Part shown: positions 1-13,926 of the stretch, piece after piece
Layout: each line of letters starts with the position of its first letter
How positions within the stretch are numbered: position 1 is the first letter of the stretch
DNA from: Moniliella sp. 'wahieum'
Taxonomy: Eukaryota
Direction of reading: 5' to 3'
DNA: 64,000 nt
Assembly: GCA_003971905.1 (NCBI GenBank)
Contig: RSEE01000134.1
Span: 1 to 64,000, forward strand
The notes under the pieces: model-generated
Databases searched by the model: none
Seen by the model: only the letters and a program-made list of their open reading frames with translations
What the model was told of the DNA's origin: nothing
Position numbers and translations under genes: made by a program

Positions 1-750
1 GTCTCTCGTGCGCAGTACCTCAAGAAGTTTGCCAAGCTCGGGATCGAGGTGCACGAAGACGATGATTTTTCTTCGGCTATGCAGCGGCGTGTACGTGTCG
101 CAAGTGCTCAAGATTAAGGAGCAAGAGCGCAACAAGGTCTACTACTGGGCATGGAAGGAATTGAACATGAACTTGATCTTGAAGTTGTGGAGCACATTGC
201 GGGACCAAAGACCCCTACCATCGTTCCCCTGGTCTGCCTTCCGACCACCCTTTCGAGGCCCTCGCCGCTCCTGGTAGCATGACCCCAAGGTGGGCGCTGT
301 GGTTGTGGGCTTTGATGGGACCAGAACTATGCCAAGACAGCCAAGGCGGCCAAGTACGTGATGGATCCCGAAGTCCACTTTATCCTTACCAACGAGGACA
401 CTACCACGCCTGCGATTGGTGGTCCTGCCCGAGGCGGTGCGACAGTGGCGCCCGTCACACGCTACTGGTCGTCATCCCATTGTGATTGGTAAGCCGCACC
501 AGCCCATTCTGGACTGTGTAGTCAAGGCGCACAACGTCGATCCTTCCCGTGCGATCTTCTTTGGCGATCGCCTCGATACCGATATCCCTTTGGTCGTCGC
601 GCCGGTTTCGCCACCTGTCTCGTCCTCAGTGGCATCACGTCGAAGGATATGGTCGACCGTCCTGACCGCCCCATCACGCCTACGTATGTGGCGACCGACA
701 TTGCTACGGCTGTCGACTTGGCCAACCACACGCCCGACAAGTGGCACTAA
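1..750 (+). CDS. PHO13: HAD-IIA 4-nitrophenylphosphatase / phosphoglycolate phosphatase (Pho13-like), 5'-truncated by the window edge, frameshifted
   Basis: Fragments in shifting frames: SRAQYLKKFAKLGI, DPKVGAVVVGFD, FILTNEDT, and IVIGKP...IFFGDRLDTDI (HAD-IIA motifs III/IV). Probable stop TAA at 748-750. Confidence 0.8.
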
Positions 751-1562
751 ATCCGCTTGGCTAGCTCTCCTAATTCTGAGAGCAAGTACAAGTACAGGAG
801 GCAAGAAGAAGACCAATCCCCCCTCCCCTACCTTTACTCTCCTTACAACCCCAATGCCTTGCTTTCACTGTGCGCTACGTTTAACGCTTAACCCGCCCTA
901 ATCGACAACGTCCCACGAGCATCTACATTCGCCTCTATCGGTTTTGCTGGTTACAATGGTTACAAAAAATGATGGCAATGTATACTGCAGATTCACAGCA
1001 TGGCCGCCGTGCATGACCGCATGACCCTCTATCCCAGTAGGAAGGCAACATCATGCAGAAAACTTAATAGTTGGGTCATTAAGACGAGGAAAGATTGGGG
1101 TCCTACCGTGCAAGCTGGTTGCGTCTAGTAGTAGTAGTGGGAACAGCAGGCCCAGCCTGCCACCTGGGGAAAGACGACGAAACCGGTGACAACGCGTTTG
1201 GAGAGCTCACATGTCACAGCAGCCGCCTTCGCAAGGAGGGGCGTGTAGTAAGTACGCCATCCATCCACCTGGGGGATGACCTTCTGGCCCGGCAGCATGC
1301 GCACCTAGTGCTCGGTGCTGGGGGAGCAGGAGCGAGGTGACCGGTGAGGCCGGGGCGGAATCGTGCACGGACGCTGAGGACGGGTGAGCCGGACGGGTGA
1401 CGCAACGTCACGCGTCGCATCACCATCAATATTCAACGTTAGGCGACGCTGGGCTCTGCACTGAAGAGCGGCGATGGGGGCGTGTGCACGTGCCGCCGGG
1501 AGGGACTGACTACACCACGTGCAGGGCCAGTTCAGCCACCACCAGCACCAGCACGCCGCGCC

Positions 1563-3704
1563 ATGCCCGCGACACCCGCCGACGCGGCCGAGGCAACCTC
1601 ATCCGCCGTGCAGAAGCTGCGGACCACATCTACCTCCACTTCCACCTCCGCCTCCGCCTCTGCCGCGCGGCAGCGCAACGCCCCCGCCCCGGCTGCTGCG
1701 GCTGACTCTGAGTCCCCCGCTGCGGCTACTGCGGCTGCGCCTCCCCGTCCCCCCGGGCCGCCCGGCTGGTTGGCGCCCCAGTCGCCCATCGTCCATCCAT
1801 GCGTTTGTGCGTGCGCGTCTTGCTCTGTATGTATGTGTATGTGTTGGTACTGACCGCTGCGCCGCGACTGGCTGCTCTCTGCTCCCTCGCTGCTCGTTGC
1901 CGCTGCTGGCAGATGGTGCGGTGTGCGAGCGTGTACGGGTTCTTTTCTCCTGCTTGCTGCGCTCCCCTGGGTTCAAGACGAGTGCGTCCCACTTCCCTTC
2001 TGCTGTTGGTGTGCGGATCGAATAGCCACTAACCACGCCCACACAGGCTGACTACATGCACCATGCGCGCTGGCCATGGAAAGCCAACTTTAGTTCTCCT
2101 CAGCTGTACGGGCTGGAACCTGCGCGCGCGCGCAACCTGGTACTAACGACACAGGACAATGTGCGTCTCGGGCGTGGCACGTCCTTCCGGACGAGTATAC
2201 CAAAGTGTCTCTTCTCACGATGGGTTACGGAGGGGACCCTTTCCCCGATGGGATCTACGATGCTGCGCTAGGCTCCTTTCCCACCGTCATCTTTCTGCAT
2301 GGCAATGCGGCCAGTCGAGCGGTCGGCTTCCGCGTCGATTGTACCGGGAATTTCGCAGCAGTTCGGGGCGAATGTGCTGGCGCTAGACTACCGCGGGTTT
2401 GGCGACTCGGCCGGACACCCTTCTGAAAAGGGACTGGTGTTAGATGCCAGAGCGGCATGGGACTTTGTGCAAGCCACGCGGTCCCGTCTTGAACTCAGTC
2501 CTGATCTATGGACTGGTCTTCCAGGTGCTGGCATCACCATATTTGGCCACAGTCTAGGCACCGCCGTTGCGGCTCAACTCACCCGCGAGCTTACGCTAGA
2601 ACGTGCTGTTATTCTTTTTCTTGATTTGTTGTGCGGCGCAGGAGTGGGTTGGTGGGCCGAAGAAAGCTGACTGGTATCGAACTGGATGGGTGGGTCGGCA
2701 TTTGACATTCGACATTCGACATTTGACATTTGACATGGCACCACAGATAATCCTCCTCAGGGCGTGGTGCTAGCTGCTCCATTTGCTTCGCTGAAGGAGG
2801 TTGTGACGGGGTACGGTCTGCTGGGGTTCCCGATATTTGGTCCGCTCGAGTTACTGCCTGGAGGTCCTTGTGCGTATCTCTCTCTCTCTCTTTCTTTCTC
2901 TCTTGCTTGTCCCGTGGCGCGACATACATGGGTGCGTAGGTGGGAAACTAATATGATACGATACGATGTGATCTGGGTTTGGCAGTACTGCTCAACAAGG
3001 CGGTGCATGCGTCGTGGAACACGTCGGGCGCGTTGCACGACACGATTGCGCAACTTCCCTGGCTTCCTGAGACGGACTTTCCGCACATTGTCCTGACGCA
3101 CACTAAGGGCGACAAGGTGATTCCGTGCGAGCACAGCGCGAGGTTGATGGAACGTGCGGTGCTGACCGTGGGAGCCGACTCGCTTCCGCCCAAGCCGTAC
3201 GAGTCACTGGCCATGGTACCCAAGTTCGGGCCGAACGCCCAACGCGAGATGGAAAAGTTCGACCAGTACTTACTTGCCGTGCACACGCTCAAGGCCGAAG
3301 CGACGATCACGGAGCTAGTGCCCGGCATCGCATTGGACGGTGGCGATGCGACTGTCGAGACGCTTTATGTTGCTCATGCGCTCGCGCAAAAGTCGGATGC
3401 TAACCAAGTAGATCGCGCACCACAATCTACCACTCTCTCATCACCTCCGACCGCGGAGGACACGATTACATCGCCCGGCGGTATTGGGGCTCTGCCACGC
3501 TGCTGGGTACCAAGGTGTGACGGCTTGCTTCCATGGCGCATGGCGGATGTGCAGGATGCACGATGCATGATGCATGGTACAAGACCAGGACCGGACTCAA
3601 TTGGTGATGATGCTAGTGCAAACTCTACACGTACGCAAGGGCGTAAATTTGTATCCCTGATCGGGACACTGGAGGCTAGTCGTTGGTCGGTCTCGTTGGT
3701 GTAG
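1563..3704 (+). CDS. ABHD12/Bem46-like alpha/beta hydrolase (multi-exon, frameshifted; both ends uncertain)
   Basis: Motifs VIFLHGNAASR, NVLALDYRGFGDSAGHPSEKGL, nucleophile elbow GHSLG, VVLAAPF and HTKGDKVIP. Intron-like segments near 2605-2760 and 2871-2985. Confidence 0.75.
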
Positions 3705-4170
3705 GTCTCTCGAGCCAAGCAACGGAGAGAAAGGGTAAACGCATCAACGCAACAGGCAGGTCTGGCCAGGTCAGATTCAAATTGAATCCCACGAGGGGGG
3801 AGCGTGGGAGACAAATTGAAGCGTAGGCTGAGGCCTTAGGGTTGGTCCTGCTGAAGCGACGGGAAAGTTTCAAGTGGCAGATGCGTCACAGGCCAAGGGG
3901 CTTGGATGACACTGGCGCTGTGCTGGGTGGCGCATGCGGGCGGGGGCGGTATAGAGACTCAGTCAACCGGCCTCTGCCTAAGTACTATAGTACCCACCCA
4001 GGCAGGCCAATGTGGCGTTCTACCTTCTCCTCCAACTATCCATCTTTCCATCTTCCCATTCCCACCCTCTGCTCCCTCTGCTCCACCTACTGCTCCCACT
4101 CGCACCCCCCCCCACCGCATCCAGACCGTACTTCACGTCCGCGTGTGCGCAGTGGTTTGATTGCGTCCCA

Positions 4171-7100
4171 ATGCACAGCAGCTACCTTCGTGCGCCCCAG
4201 CCGACCTGGACGTCCCCCCCCCCCCCCGCCGCCTCCGCCACCACAGCCCCCGGGTCTTTCGTCACAGCCCTCACTACGCCTCACCACCCCGCACCCCATT
4301 CCCCCCCCGCTACCACCACCGCCACCGCATGCCCCCCCCCCCCGCCCCCGGGTTTTTCTTTTCCCCAAGAGCTCCGCTCCCGCGAAGCCCACCCAATCCC
4401 AAGCCCACCCTCAACCCAAGACCAAGGCTACTCTCAAGCCCACCCTCAAGCCCAGTACGCTCCACCGCCGCGCGCCCCGGCTACGCAGCAAGCGCCCGGC
4501 TGGCGTGGGTGGATGCGCCGTCCGTCGTTCGGTCGTCGGCGGGCGCCCGCGCCGCAACCGCAACCGCACCAAGCTCCAGTGTGCCCTATGGGCCACTGGT
4601 CCCGTTCCTACCCCTGTTCCCGCCGGTTCCTGCGCCAGGACTTGCGCCGCCGCCGCTGGGTGTGGGGTACGTGGACCAGGGAGCTGGGCAGGGAGCGCCC
4701 CCTCCTCCTTCGGGTGGATGCACCCAGCAGGGCCGTACCCTTCCACGACCTCCTTTCCCGAAGCCGAGAAGGCCGGTGGGTACAGTAGTGCCCCTGGGGG
4801 CTACGGCTACGCTGGATCTGGGATGCCGTTACTGGACGGCGGGTATCATGCGCCTGGGGGGTTTGATCCCAACCTGTTAGAGGAAGGGTTACAAGATCCG
4901 GACGTGCACCGTATGTGGGGTATTCCACCGCGTGTGGAGCGGCGGAACGCGGTGAAGCGTATCGAGTTGTGGCGGGGCCATTTGGTTATGGAGACGCCGG
5001 TGCCAGGACCCTTGTTGGATATGCTTCCTGATCGGAATGGGAGGGAGTTTACCCGTGTACGTTATACGGCGTGTACGGCGGATGCGAACCGGTTCGGAGC
5101 GGAAGGCTTCTCGTTACGTCCGTCGTTGTATGCTCCCCCACGGACGACAGAGTTGATGATTTGTTTGACAATGTACAATGAGGACGACGAGTTGTTTGCC
5201 AATACGCTGCATGCCGTCATGCACAACATTGCCTACCTCAGCCACACGCCCGAGTGGGACGAGCAAGCGTGGAAGAAAGTCGTGGTGGTCGTCGTGTCCG
5301 ATGGACGACTGAAGATCAATCCTCGTACGCTCGCTGTCTTAGCTGCCTTGGGCGTGTACCAAGAAGGTGTGCCCGAGACGCATGTTGGAGGCGTACCAGT
5401 TACCGCACACATATTTGAGTACACTACCCAGTTTAGTCTGGACCGTCGACACAATGTGCACTACGAAAATATCACCCCGGTTCAGATCCTGTTTTGCCTC
5501 AAGGAAAAGAACCAAAAGAAGATCAATTCCATCGATGGTTTTTTGTACGTATCTACCGTGCTCTCCTACCGTGCACCTCCTGCCGTGCACCTCCTGCCGG
5601 GCTCCTCCAGCCATGAGAAGCGGGACCTTACCAGCATTCCCCCATGGCAGCGAGGCAGGGTGCACGCCCATCCCCCATCCTCCATCCCCTACTGACCCTA
5701 CTCTACTCATCTACTCTGTAATCCAGAACGCATTTTGCAACGAGCTCAAGCCCGAGGTGACGATGCTGATTGATGTGGGTACCGTTCCGCGGCCCAAGGC
5801 GATCTATCGGCTCTGGAAGGCGTTCAAGACGGACCCCAATGTCGCTGGCGCATGCGGCGAGATCGTAGCGAGCAAAGGTAAACTGTATCATGACCTGATC
5901 AACCCTTTGGTCGGTGCACAGAACTTTGGTACGTCTCTCTCCTCCTTTTTTCTCGGTGTGGTCGTCGTTGTCGTCGTCAAAGCTCCGTTCCCGTTCCACT
6001 ATTTGGGTGGGGTGCTAGTAGGGTACGCGAAGAGGGTCAGGGCTGACATGTGGTATGTGCATGTGCATGTGCATGTGGGTTGGGTTGTGTGCAGAGTACA
6101 AGATGAGCAACATTCTCGACAAGCCGCTCGAGTCGGTGCTGGGGTACATTTCAGTGTTACCAGGAGCGTTCAGTGCGTACCGGTACTCTGCGTTGCAGAA
6201 CGACATGGGCGGTCACGGGCCGTTAGCCGAATACTTCAAGGGGGAACTGTTGCATGGCGGGACAGCCGAATCGGACGTGTTTACCAGTAACATGTACTTG
6301 GCCGAGGACCGAATTTTGTGTTGGGAGTTGGTGACCAAGCGCGATGCGCATTGGAAATTGCACTATGTCAAGCGGAGTCAAGCTGTGACGGACGTACCTG
6401 AGTCGGTACCTGAGTTGATGGGTCAACGGCGTAGGTGGTTGAACGGATCGACGTTTGCTGGTATCCACTCGATCGTCAAGTTCTACTACATTTACCGTTC
6501 GAACCATTCGTGGATGCGCAAACTGATCTTGCACCTTGAGCTGCTGTACCAGCTGGTCAACTTGGTCTTTGCCTGGCTTGCGTTGGGCAACTACTTTATC
6601 TGTTTTTGGATCATTACCAAAGCAGTGGGAGAGGCTGTGCACCCAATGAAGATCCCAAGTATCATCTTGACTGTCATCTACCTCATTGCGCTCGTCATGA
6701 CGGTCATTTTGGCAATTGGCAATCGCCCACAAGGCAGTCGGAGGGCCTATACGCGTCTCATGATCGTCTTTGCCATCATCACACCTACATGACAGCCTGT
6801 GCTGTTGTACTTGCCGTGCGAGCATCAAGCATGTCCTGCATACCATCCACGGTGCCAACCGCGGCCTGCAGCTCATCAAAAATTCCGTCTTTCGCAATAT
6901 CGTCGTCTCGGTCGCATCGACCTTTGGGGCTGGACCCTAGCCTCCTTCCTCTGGCTCGAACCCTACCATATCTTTACCTCTAGCATCCAGTACATTCTCA
7001 TGTCCCCAACGTGGGTCAACGTCTTTAGTACCTATGCCTACTCCAACATCCGATGTCAGGTGCGTCCTCCTGCCTCTCTTCTCTCTGTTGAGGCGCACAC

Positions 7101-7758
7101 GCTCACGCGCTCACGCTGGGTCGTGCCACGGCGGGACCGAGAAAGGGTACTACTTGCTGCTTACTGCGTACTTACTGACCACTATGCATCCTGTTGGTTT
7201 TGTATTTGTTTTTGTTGTTGTGCAGTTGGGGTACGAAGGGCGAGACGAGCAGTGGCGGGTCCAAGCCCAAGCCTGGGGCCGTGACGAACGAAGGGGACAA
7301 GACGATGGTGGAGGTAACTTTACCAGGGGCAAAGAAGATGCGAACGAAGCGTACGTGGATGCGTGGGAACTGTTACCCAGCCATCTGATACGTCCCCTCC
7401 ACCGGTCAATGCGGCAGCCAAGACGAAAGATTACTATGCCAACATTCGTTCCAACGTGCTTTGGCATGGATGATGTCCAATGGCGGTCTGGCTATTGGCA
7501 TCTGCGTCATCTCCAACACGAATGTTCAGATTCAGTACATGGGCGTACTGCTCTACAGCGCAGCGGCGATTGCGGCTATCAAGCTCGTGGGCACCATCAT
7601 TTACTTGTAAGTACTTGTACCCTCTTTCTTTCCCTCCGGGTTCGGGTTTTGTCGGTGCGCTTTGCGATGGGGGAAAAAGACTGACCTGTATGTGTGTGCG
7701 TGTGTGCGTGGGCCTCGGCCACGCTCCTAGGATCAACTTCATCTTTGAGAAAAAGTGA
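4171..7758 (+). CDS. Chitin synthase, division 1 (class I/II/III type), with Pro-rich N-terminus
   Basis: TMYNED, KEKNQKKINS, LIDVGT, LPGAFSAYR, MYLAEDRILC, QRRRWLNG and SWGTKG motifs. Introns at about 5545-5727, 5929-6094, 7060-7225 and 7607-7730. Ends INFIFEKK-TGA. Confidence 0.95.
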
Positions 7759-9727
7759 CTGCCAACCGCATGCCCATCATGTCTCCTGCCCCATGCTTCA
7801 TGCACATGCATCGTACATCGTGCATCGTGGGCGGTACCGAGTACTGAGTCCTGATGGGGTCTCTACTGTCCCCCCTCCCCACCCCACTGGTGGAGCCACT
7901 GGCGTATCATCTGCGCACTTATGTTTCAATCATCCCTTTCCCATGTCCCCGCCAAGCACCATGGAACAAGCCACCCTATGGATCCTCTCTCTCTCCCAAA
8001 TTTTCTCTCCCAGCTTTCCTCTTCCCGCTTCTCTCTCCCAGCTTTTCTCTTCCGCTTCCGCTTTCTTCTTCCCGCTTCCCTCTTCCCGCTTCTTTCTTGG
8101 AGCTTCGTTGTACCTCGCTTTCATGTCGAGGACTGAAGAGCACCCTCCGATTTGCCGCGCACTTGCGATACCCCCCCCCCCCACACACACACAACACACA
8201 CACTTTTTCGCGTGGACTTTGATTTTGGTTGCTTGGCTGCTGGCTGCGTTTTGCCGGCTCTGCAATCGAGGGGCCCAGCATCGTACCGTACCGCACACCG
8301 CACCGGTCGACGGTCGAGATCTGTGCTGTGCTGTGCTGTGTGCCTCGGCGTCTATGAATACTGAGTACTGAATCTACCTTGCGTTCTCGGTCTGGCTTGC
8401 AGCTTGCGTCTTGCGTCTTGCGTCTTGAAGGTTGGGTGCGGAGTGGCAATGTAGGTGTGTAGGTGTGCGTAGACAACTAGATCCGACAGCAGCTGTGGTG
8501 GGAGGTGGGAGGTGGGAGAGGAGATTGGATGTGGATCCTGTTGCATGACCAACGTTGCACGTTGCACGTTGCACGTTGCACGTGTACCTCGAGTAGGCCG
8601 AGTACTAGGCTGCTGGAAGGAGCTGGGTTGTGCTCGAGAGCACACAGCTGCTGCGTGCTGCCATGGTGCCCAGCGGAGACTGCGATCTACCCTCTGCATC
8701 TGCATCCTGGCGATCAATCATCAATCATTCTAGCACTGCAGGGAGAATCCGCCTGGCTATTCGCCCGAACTTAAGCAGACCGTCGGTCCTTTTCTCTCCT
8801 CCGCATGGCAGTCTCATCCTCAGTCTCGTCCTCAGTCGCGTCCTGCCCAGCTCCCGCGGCGCCTCTTGGCCGGGGCAAAGAACCGCTGGGGTGCATTAGC
8901 CGGTACGAACGCGCAGGAGGAAACTGGTGAGAGCCTTGTGGTTAGCCGCATCCTCAGCAGAGAACGCACCACGTGTCGAGGCGCCGCTGCCCAGCACATG
9001 TGACATGCACATCACACTGCCACATCCCATGCATCCCATGCATGTTGCACCCCAGCGCCTCGGCCCGCTGCCATGTCCCAGTTCCCAGCCGACGCCGTGC
9101 TCATGCATTCATGTGGCGCCGTGCGCCACCGCGTAGGAGATCATCGATCATCGATCAGGACTCCGTCGCAGGGGCAGTGTGTGGGCAGGGGACAAGTGGG
9201 GCGCAGCCAAGCCATGCGCTGCCATGCGCTGCCGTGCACCCTGTACGTCATGCGTCATGCATCATGCATCATGCATCATGGACCATGCGGTGTGGACCGG
9301 TCTCTCGCATGCGGCGAGTGTCCAGACACCGGAGCACGGAGGCAGGAGGCAGGCTGCAGAGTGGTCGCGTGCGGGTGAGGCTTTAGCCGCGACACTGCGC
9401 TGGTGCGGGGCGGCGGGTGGCCGGGGCCAGGGGCGATTGATCGTTTCAAGAGGGGACGGGGCGATTTGGTTTGTTTTTTGCGTGTGGTTGAATTTAACCT
9501 GAAGAGCTTAAGGTTAGCCTTGGACGCCGGCTGTCTGCTCGGCTGTTCGGCTGGAGGCGTCGTGTGGTAGACAGGAGGTACTGGTTTTGCTTTGGCCTGT
9601 GGCGCGTATTGCCCCCCACCTCGCCTCGCCTCGCTCGCACCCTACCACACACACCATCGCCAACCCTCTCACCACCATCTATACCTTCTTCATCACGCCA
9701 CACCAACACCAACACCACCCCCCCACC

Positions 9728-12450
9728 ATGGCCACTGCCTCGTCGGCCACCAGCGCCCCGCTCGTCTCCAGCCGCATGATGAAGTCGGGCCTGCGCAACC
9801 GACCCTATACCAAGGTACGCCCTCTCTCCCTCCCCCCTCTCTTGTCGCCCCTGCCCCGCGCTCATCTCCTCATCTCCCCACCTTCTTATTCCCCCCGTTA
9901 CCGACCCACAGGACCTACACGACCTATTTGCCACGCTCATCGTCTCGCTCCGCCTCGCCTCGCACCGCACGCTCTTCCGCACCTACCCCTACACCTTCAC
10001 CACCGACCAAGCCGTGGCCAATCTGAGTGCGCTCAAGTCCCAGTCGTCGCGCCATCCCGACCCGCAGGAACCGAACCGCGTAATCACCACCACCACCACC
10101 ACGACGTTTACCATGAACCGGGAGATCGCCAAGGAAATTTGTCAGCACTTGTGGATGCGCACCTGATCCACAGTGCGTCCGATGTGGGTCTGTCTGTGTT
10201 TCGGGACAAGGGCATATGGGGGTTGACGCCCAAGGGTTACAGTCTTCTCGAGCGGTTCATTTCGATCAATGGGATTTCAGCTGACCACAACCTGCGCTCG
10301 CTGCACACCGACCTACGCTCCGCCTTGTCGTACTGGACCGCCGAGCTTCGGACGACGAGATTTCCATCCGACTTGCGCTTCTCGACTCGCTCTTCCGACG
10401 CTTTGCCGGTGTACAAGCCAACTACCCTAGCCGCGAAGCGTGGTACGGCAGCGCAACGTTTCGCCCGAGTACGGTGTGCCGTCACCTACGTCGCCATCGC
10501 CTTCCCCCGGACGCGGGGTTCGATCGTTCGCGCGGGGTGGAGATGGTGGATGTGGTAGAACGGCTGAGGGGGGGAGAGACGCGCGTGACACGACACGCAT
10601 TTAGTGCGCTCGGGGCGATCGAGTGGATGCTGGACCATACCTCCACATGTGGGCAGACGAAGCAGGGGAACTGTTAGCGCACTTTGAACGGCTCGACCTG
10701 ATCAAGTTGGTGGCGGATAAACCAAGACCGCGCTACCTCGTTCCCGTCCTGGCCAAACCCACTGACCCAGATATCGTTCTTGTTCGTGGCGCCGACGTCG
10801 GTGCCATGATTACCGAAGGCGAGTTCCGGTGCCACTACAAGTCGGTCTATGCCCTGACGATCGAGGTCGCGAGGTCGCTCGCTGGGAAGGCTTTACAAAC
10901 GTGCGTCGCCGGGGCAAGGTCTGGGCCTGGGCCTGGGGGCGGGGGTAGGAAGTGCAAGCACCGCACCGGGTCTAGCGTACCGCCATCGCCCCACCGCCAC
11001 CGCCACCGCCACCGCCACTGCCAGGGCTGGGCGTGCGGCATGCGCCCCTGGCCTCCTCGGGGATGGACCAAGTGCGGTCGTCAGCCGAGGACGATGGGGC
11101 GTCACTACATTCGGTCGGGAGCAAAGGTCCCAAGTCGGACATTTCTCCCGTCTTGGATCGGGCTCCCGGCCAGGGAGCGATCAGCATCAGCATCCGCTTC
11201 GGCATCCGCCTCGGTATCGGCTGAGAGGGCAAGCGGGTCAGGGGGCAATGTGGTGCCTGTCCCTGTCGCTATGCCTGTCCCTGTCCATGGACCTGTGGCG
11301 ACGAGCGTACGCGTGACCAAGGGAATCGTACGCGGCTTCGTCAGATCCTTGGGGACGCATCGCTGTGTGCGCTATTCCAAGCGTACCTCCGCACCAACTT
11401 TTGCGAGGAAAATTTATCCTTTTACCTGGACGTGCAAGACTTTAAACGGCGGTTTTCTACCACGTCGTCTGCCTCGGCTGTGCGGCCATCGAGCGCGGAC
11501 CGGTCCGTGCACGCCGACAAGCACGACAAGCACGATAAGGATAAGCACGATAAGCACGACAAGCACGACAAGCACGACAAGCACGACAAGCACGACAAGC
11601 ACGACAAGCACGATAAACACGACACTAAGCCCATTACGCGCGCGCCACGGTTCGTACCTATACCTACCAGCTGGCTGTCGAGGGGAGGATCCGCAAGTCC
11701 CGACGCAAGCGGTGCCGGTGCAGACCCCATCGAGGGAGGGGACGATACGACCTCAACCTCAACCTCAACCTCCAACTTGATGACCGAGCCTATGAGTGCG
11801 ATGGAACGCCACCCTCGACCTAATCGTGATTGCGTTTTGATTTTCAACACGTACCTTGTACCTGGTGGCGGCGGAGCTCAACCTGACCATGCGTACGCCG
11901 TGACCTGTTGGCGTACATGGGCAAGACGGCACCACAGGCGCTCCAACGTCCGGTACCCGTACCGCTACCGGCTCACGTGCCCACGGGGCCCGTGAACCGC
12001 GTACCCCTTCGCGTGGTAGTAGTCCTGCTCGTGTGGGTGTGGGTGTGGGTGTGGGTGTGGGTGCAGGTATGGGTGGGGAAGCACGTGAGGCAGGCAGCAC
12101 ACCGCGCATGGCAGCTATCGAACTAGGTTTGCCCACGGAAGAAACGCAAACAGGGAAGAAAGTACCGGTGCTTTCGCTCGAGGAGCGTAAAAGCTCGTGC
12201 TGAGCCAACTATCATCTCCCCAAGGTCAAGGTTCCGGCCAAGGTTCGGCCAAGTGTTTGGTTCCGGTCCATACCATGCATCGCAACTGCAAACGCTTCTG
12301 CGACTGTACAGTAAGATCCAAGAGCATATTTTATTTGAGGCGACGGATTCCGTCCCGCGGTTTGTGCGTGACCCGACGTTTGGCAAGGGGCTCAACAGAT
12401 CGCTGCGGTTTCGGCCAGGACGCTTGGACGTACGGTGTGGTGCCCGATGA
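9728..12450 (+). CDS. Fungal RGS protein (Sst2/FlbA/Crg1 type: DEP-like region plus split RGS domain), frameshifted
   Basis: N-terminal MMKSGLRNRPYTK|DLHDLFATL across intron 9815-9911; KGIWGLTPKG; RGS core FCEENLSFYLDVQDFKRRF; IFNTYL; C-terminal ATDSVPRFV. Confidence 0.85.
11516..11626 (+). repeat. Coding 9-bp tandem repeat (CAC GAY AAR)n = (His-Asp-Lys) x10 inside the RGS gene
   Basis: Directly visible. Substitutions between units (GAC/GAT, AAG/AAA) fall at third codon positions of the HDK frame. Confidence 0.95.
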
Positions 12451-12707
12451 TGAATGGGACTGGATGTGATGGTTTGATCGTTTGATCAATTTGATCAATT
12501 TGATCTCATCCGCTCGATTCGATTCGTGTGGGATAATCGATAATCGATAATCGATACTTTGCCCCCACTTGACACTTGCTTTGACACTTCGCTTTGACCT
12601 CCCGTTCGTGCCGTTCGGTGCGGTTGGGACTGCGCCTCCCCCTCCCCCAACCCAGTCCAGTCCGTAGCGACGGCCGGTTTTGGTCAAGCAGGGTTTGGGG
12701 CACCAGC

Positions 12708-12755
12708 TTGGCTTGGTTTGGTTTGGTTTGGCTTGGTTTGACTTGGTTTGGCTTG
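12708..12755. repeat. Pentanucleotide microsatellite (TTGGY)n
   Basis: ttggcttggtttggtttggtttggcttggtttgacttggtttggcttg in the RGS/EF-2 convergent intergenic region. Confidence 0.9.
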
Positions 12756-13926
12756 CGTTTGGGCCAGTCTGCTTGGTCTGCCTCTCCTCTCCCTCTTCCT
12801 CTTCCTTCTTGCTATTCTTTTCCTTTTGCTATTCCTCTTCTTCCTTGCTATCCTGTCGCCTCTTCCGCTACGCGTTCGCTCTCTTGGGCTTGGACTTACT
12901 TGCCCGCGCGTCTCCGCACACACCAGGCTGCGCCACCGTACCCTCCCACACCGTGGATCGTGGCTCGTGGCTCGATATGGTACCGTGTGCACACTCCCTT
13001 CTCTCCGCGCTTACTTCCGCCTTCCTCCCTCCTTCCTCCTTGCTCCCGCTCCCCATTGCTTGCCATTGGCCTGTCCACTCGCAGCTGTACGACCTTGCAA
13101 CGGCACACAGCACGACACGGACGGCTTTCTTTCCACGGCGTTTCACTGTGCGTTGTGCGCGTTGTGCGCCTTGTACGGTCTATTTGTTTTTGTTTGTTTT
13201 TTGCATACGTGCCTTGCTACATCTCACGACCCCACCATGTGCAATTGTCATCTCTCTCTCTCTGGGTGCTAGGTGCTGGGTTCTGGGTGCTGGTTGCGCG
13301 TTTGGGCTTCGGGTGCTGTGTTCGAGATGCTGGATGCAGCGTTCGGGGTCTGCGTTCGGGGGGTTAGGTTCTGGGTTCGGGGTTAGTCTAAGGTGAGTAG
13401 TGAATAGTGAGTAGCGATGGTATGGCTGCCTTTGGAGTCGTCTTACGTCTTACTCTTACCGATCTGCTCCATCACTAGCTTGATCTGGCTTAGTTAGGTA
13501 CCGGCAACCTGCCCCTTTCAATCAGTCAATCGTGTGTCCTACCACCTTCCAATCAATCAATCAAAATCGCATGTCGCGTCCCACCCGTGCGCTTCATTCC
13601 CGCTTCGCCACCCAGTAGTACACGACCGTCTAAAATACGTCGACCGTCAGCTCCCCCCACTCACACTCACACTCACACTCAACCTAAACGTTAACCGCTG
13701 AACCAACAGCAGCTATAAGCCCAGGTTGAGCCACGGCAACAGGACAAAGACAAAGACAAGGGAAAGGGGAAGACGCATACAATTCGCCCCACTAGCCCAG
13801 CTGGACAGGCAGACCGACAGCGAGGCATAGCACCCCGCCACCGGTCCACCCAGTCCGGCGGGTCAACAGCGTAGAGCCAAGAGGCTAGAGCCAAGAACCT
13901 AGAGCTACCAGCGCAAAGCGCAGAGC

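Noticed and set aside
11414..11850. Minus-strand (CLS)n Cys-rich and (VVL)n ORFs
   Set aside because: Antisense readings of the HDK repeat within the RGS gene.
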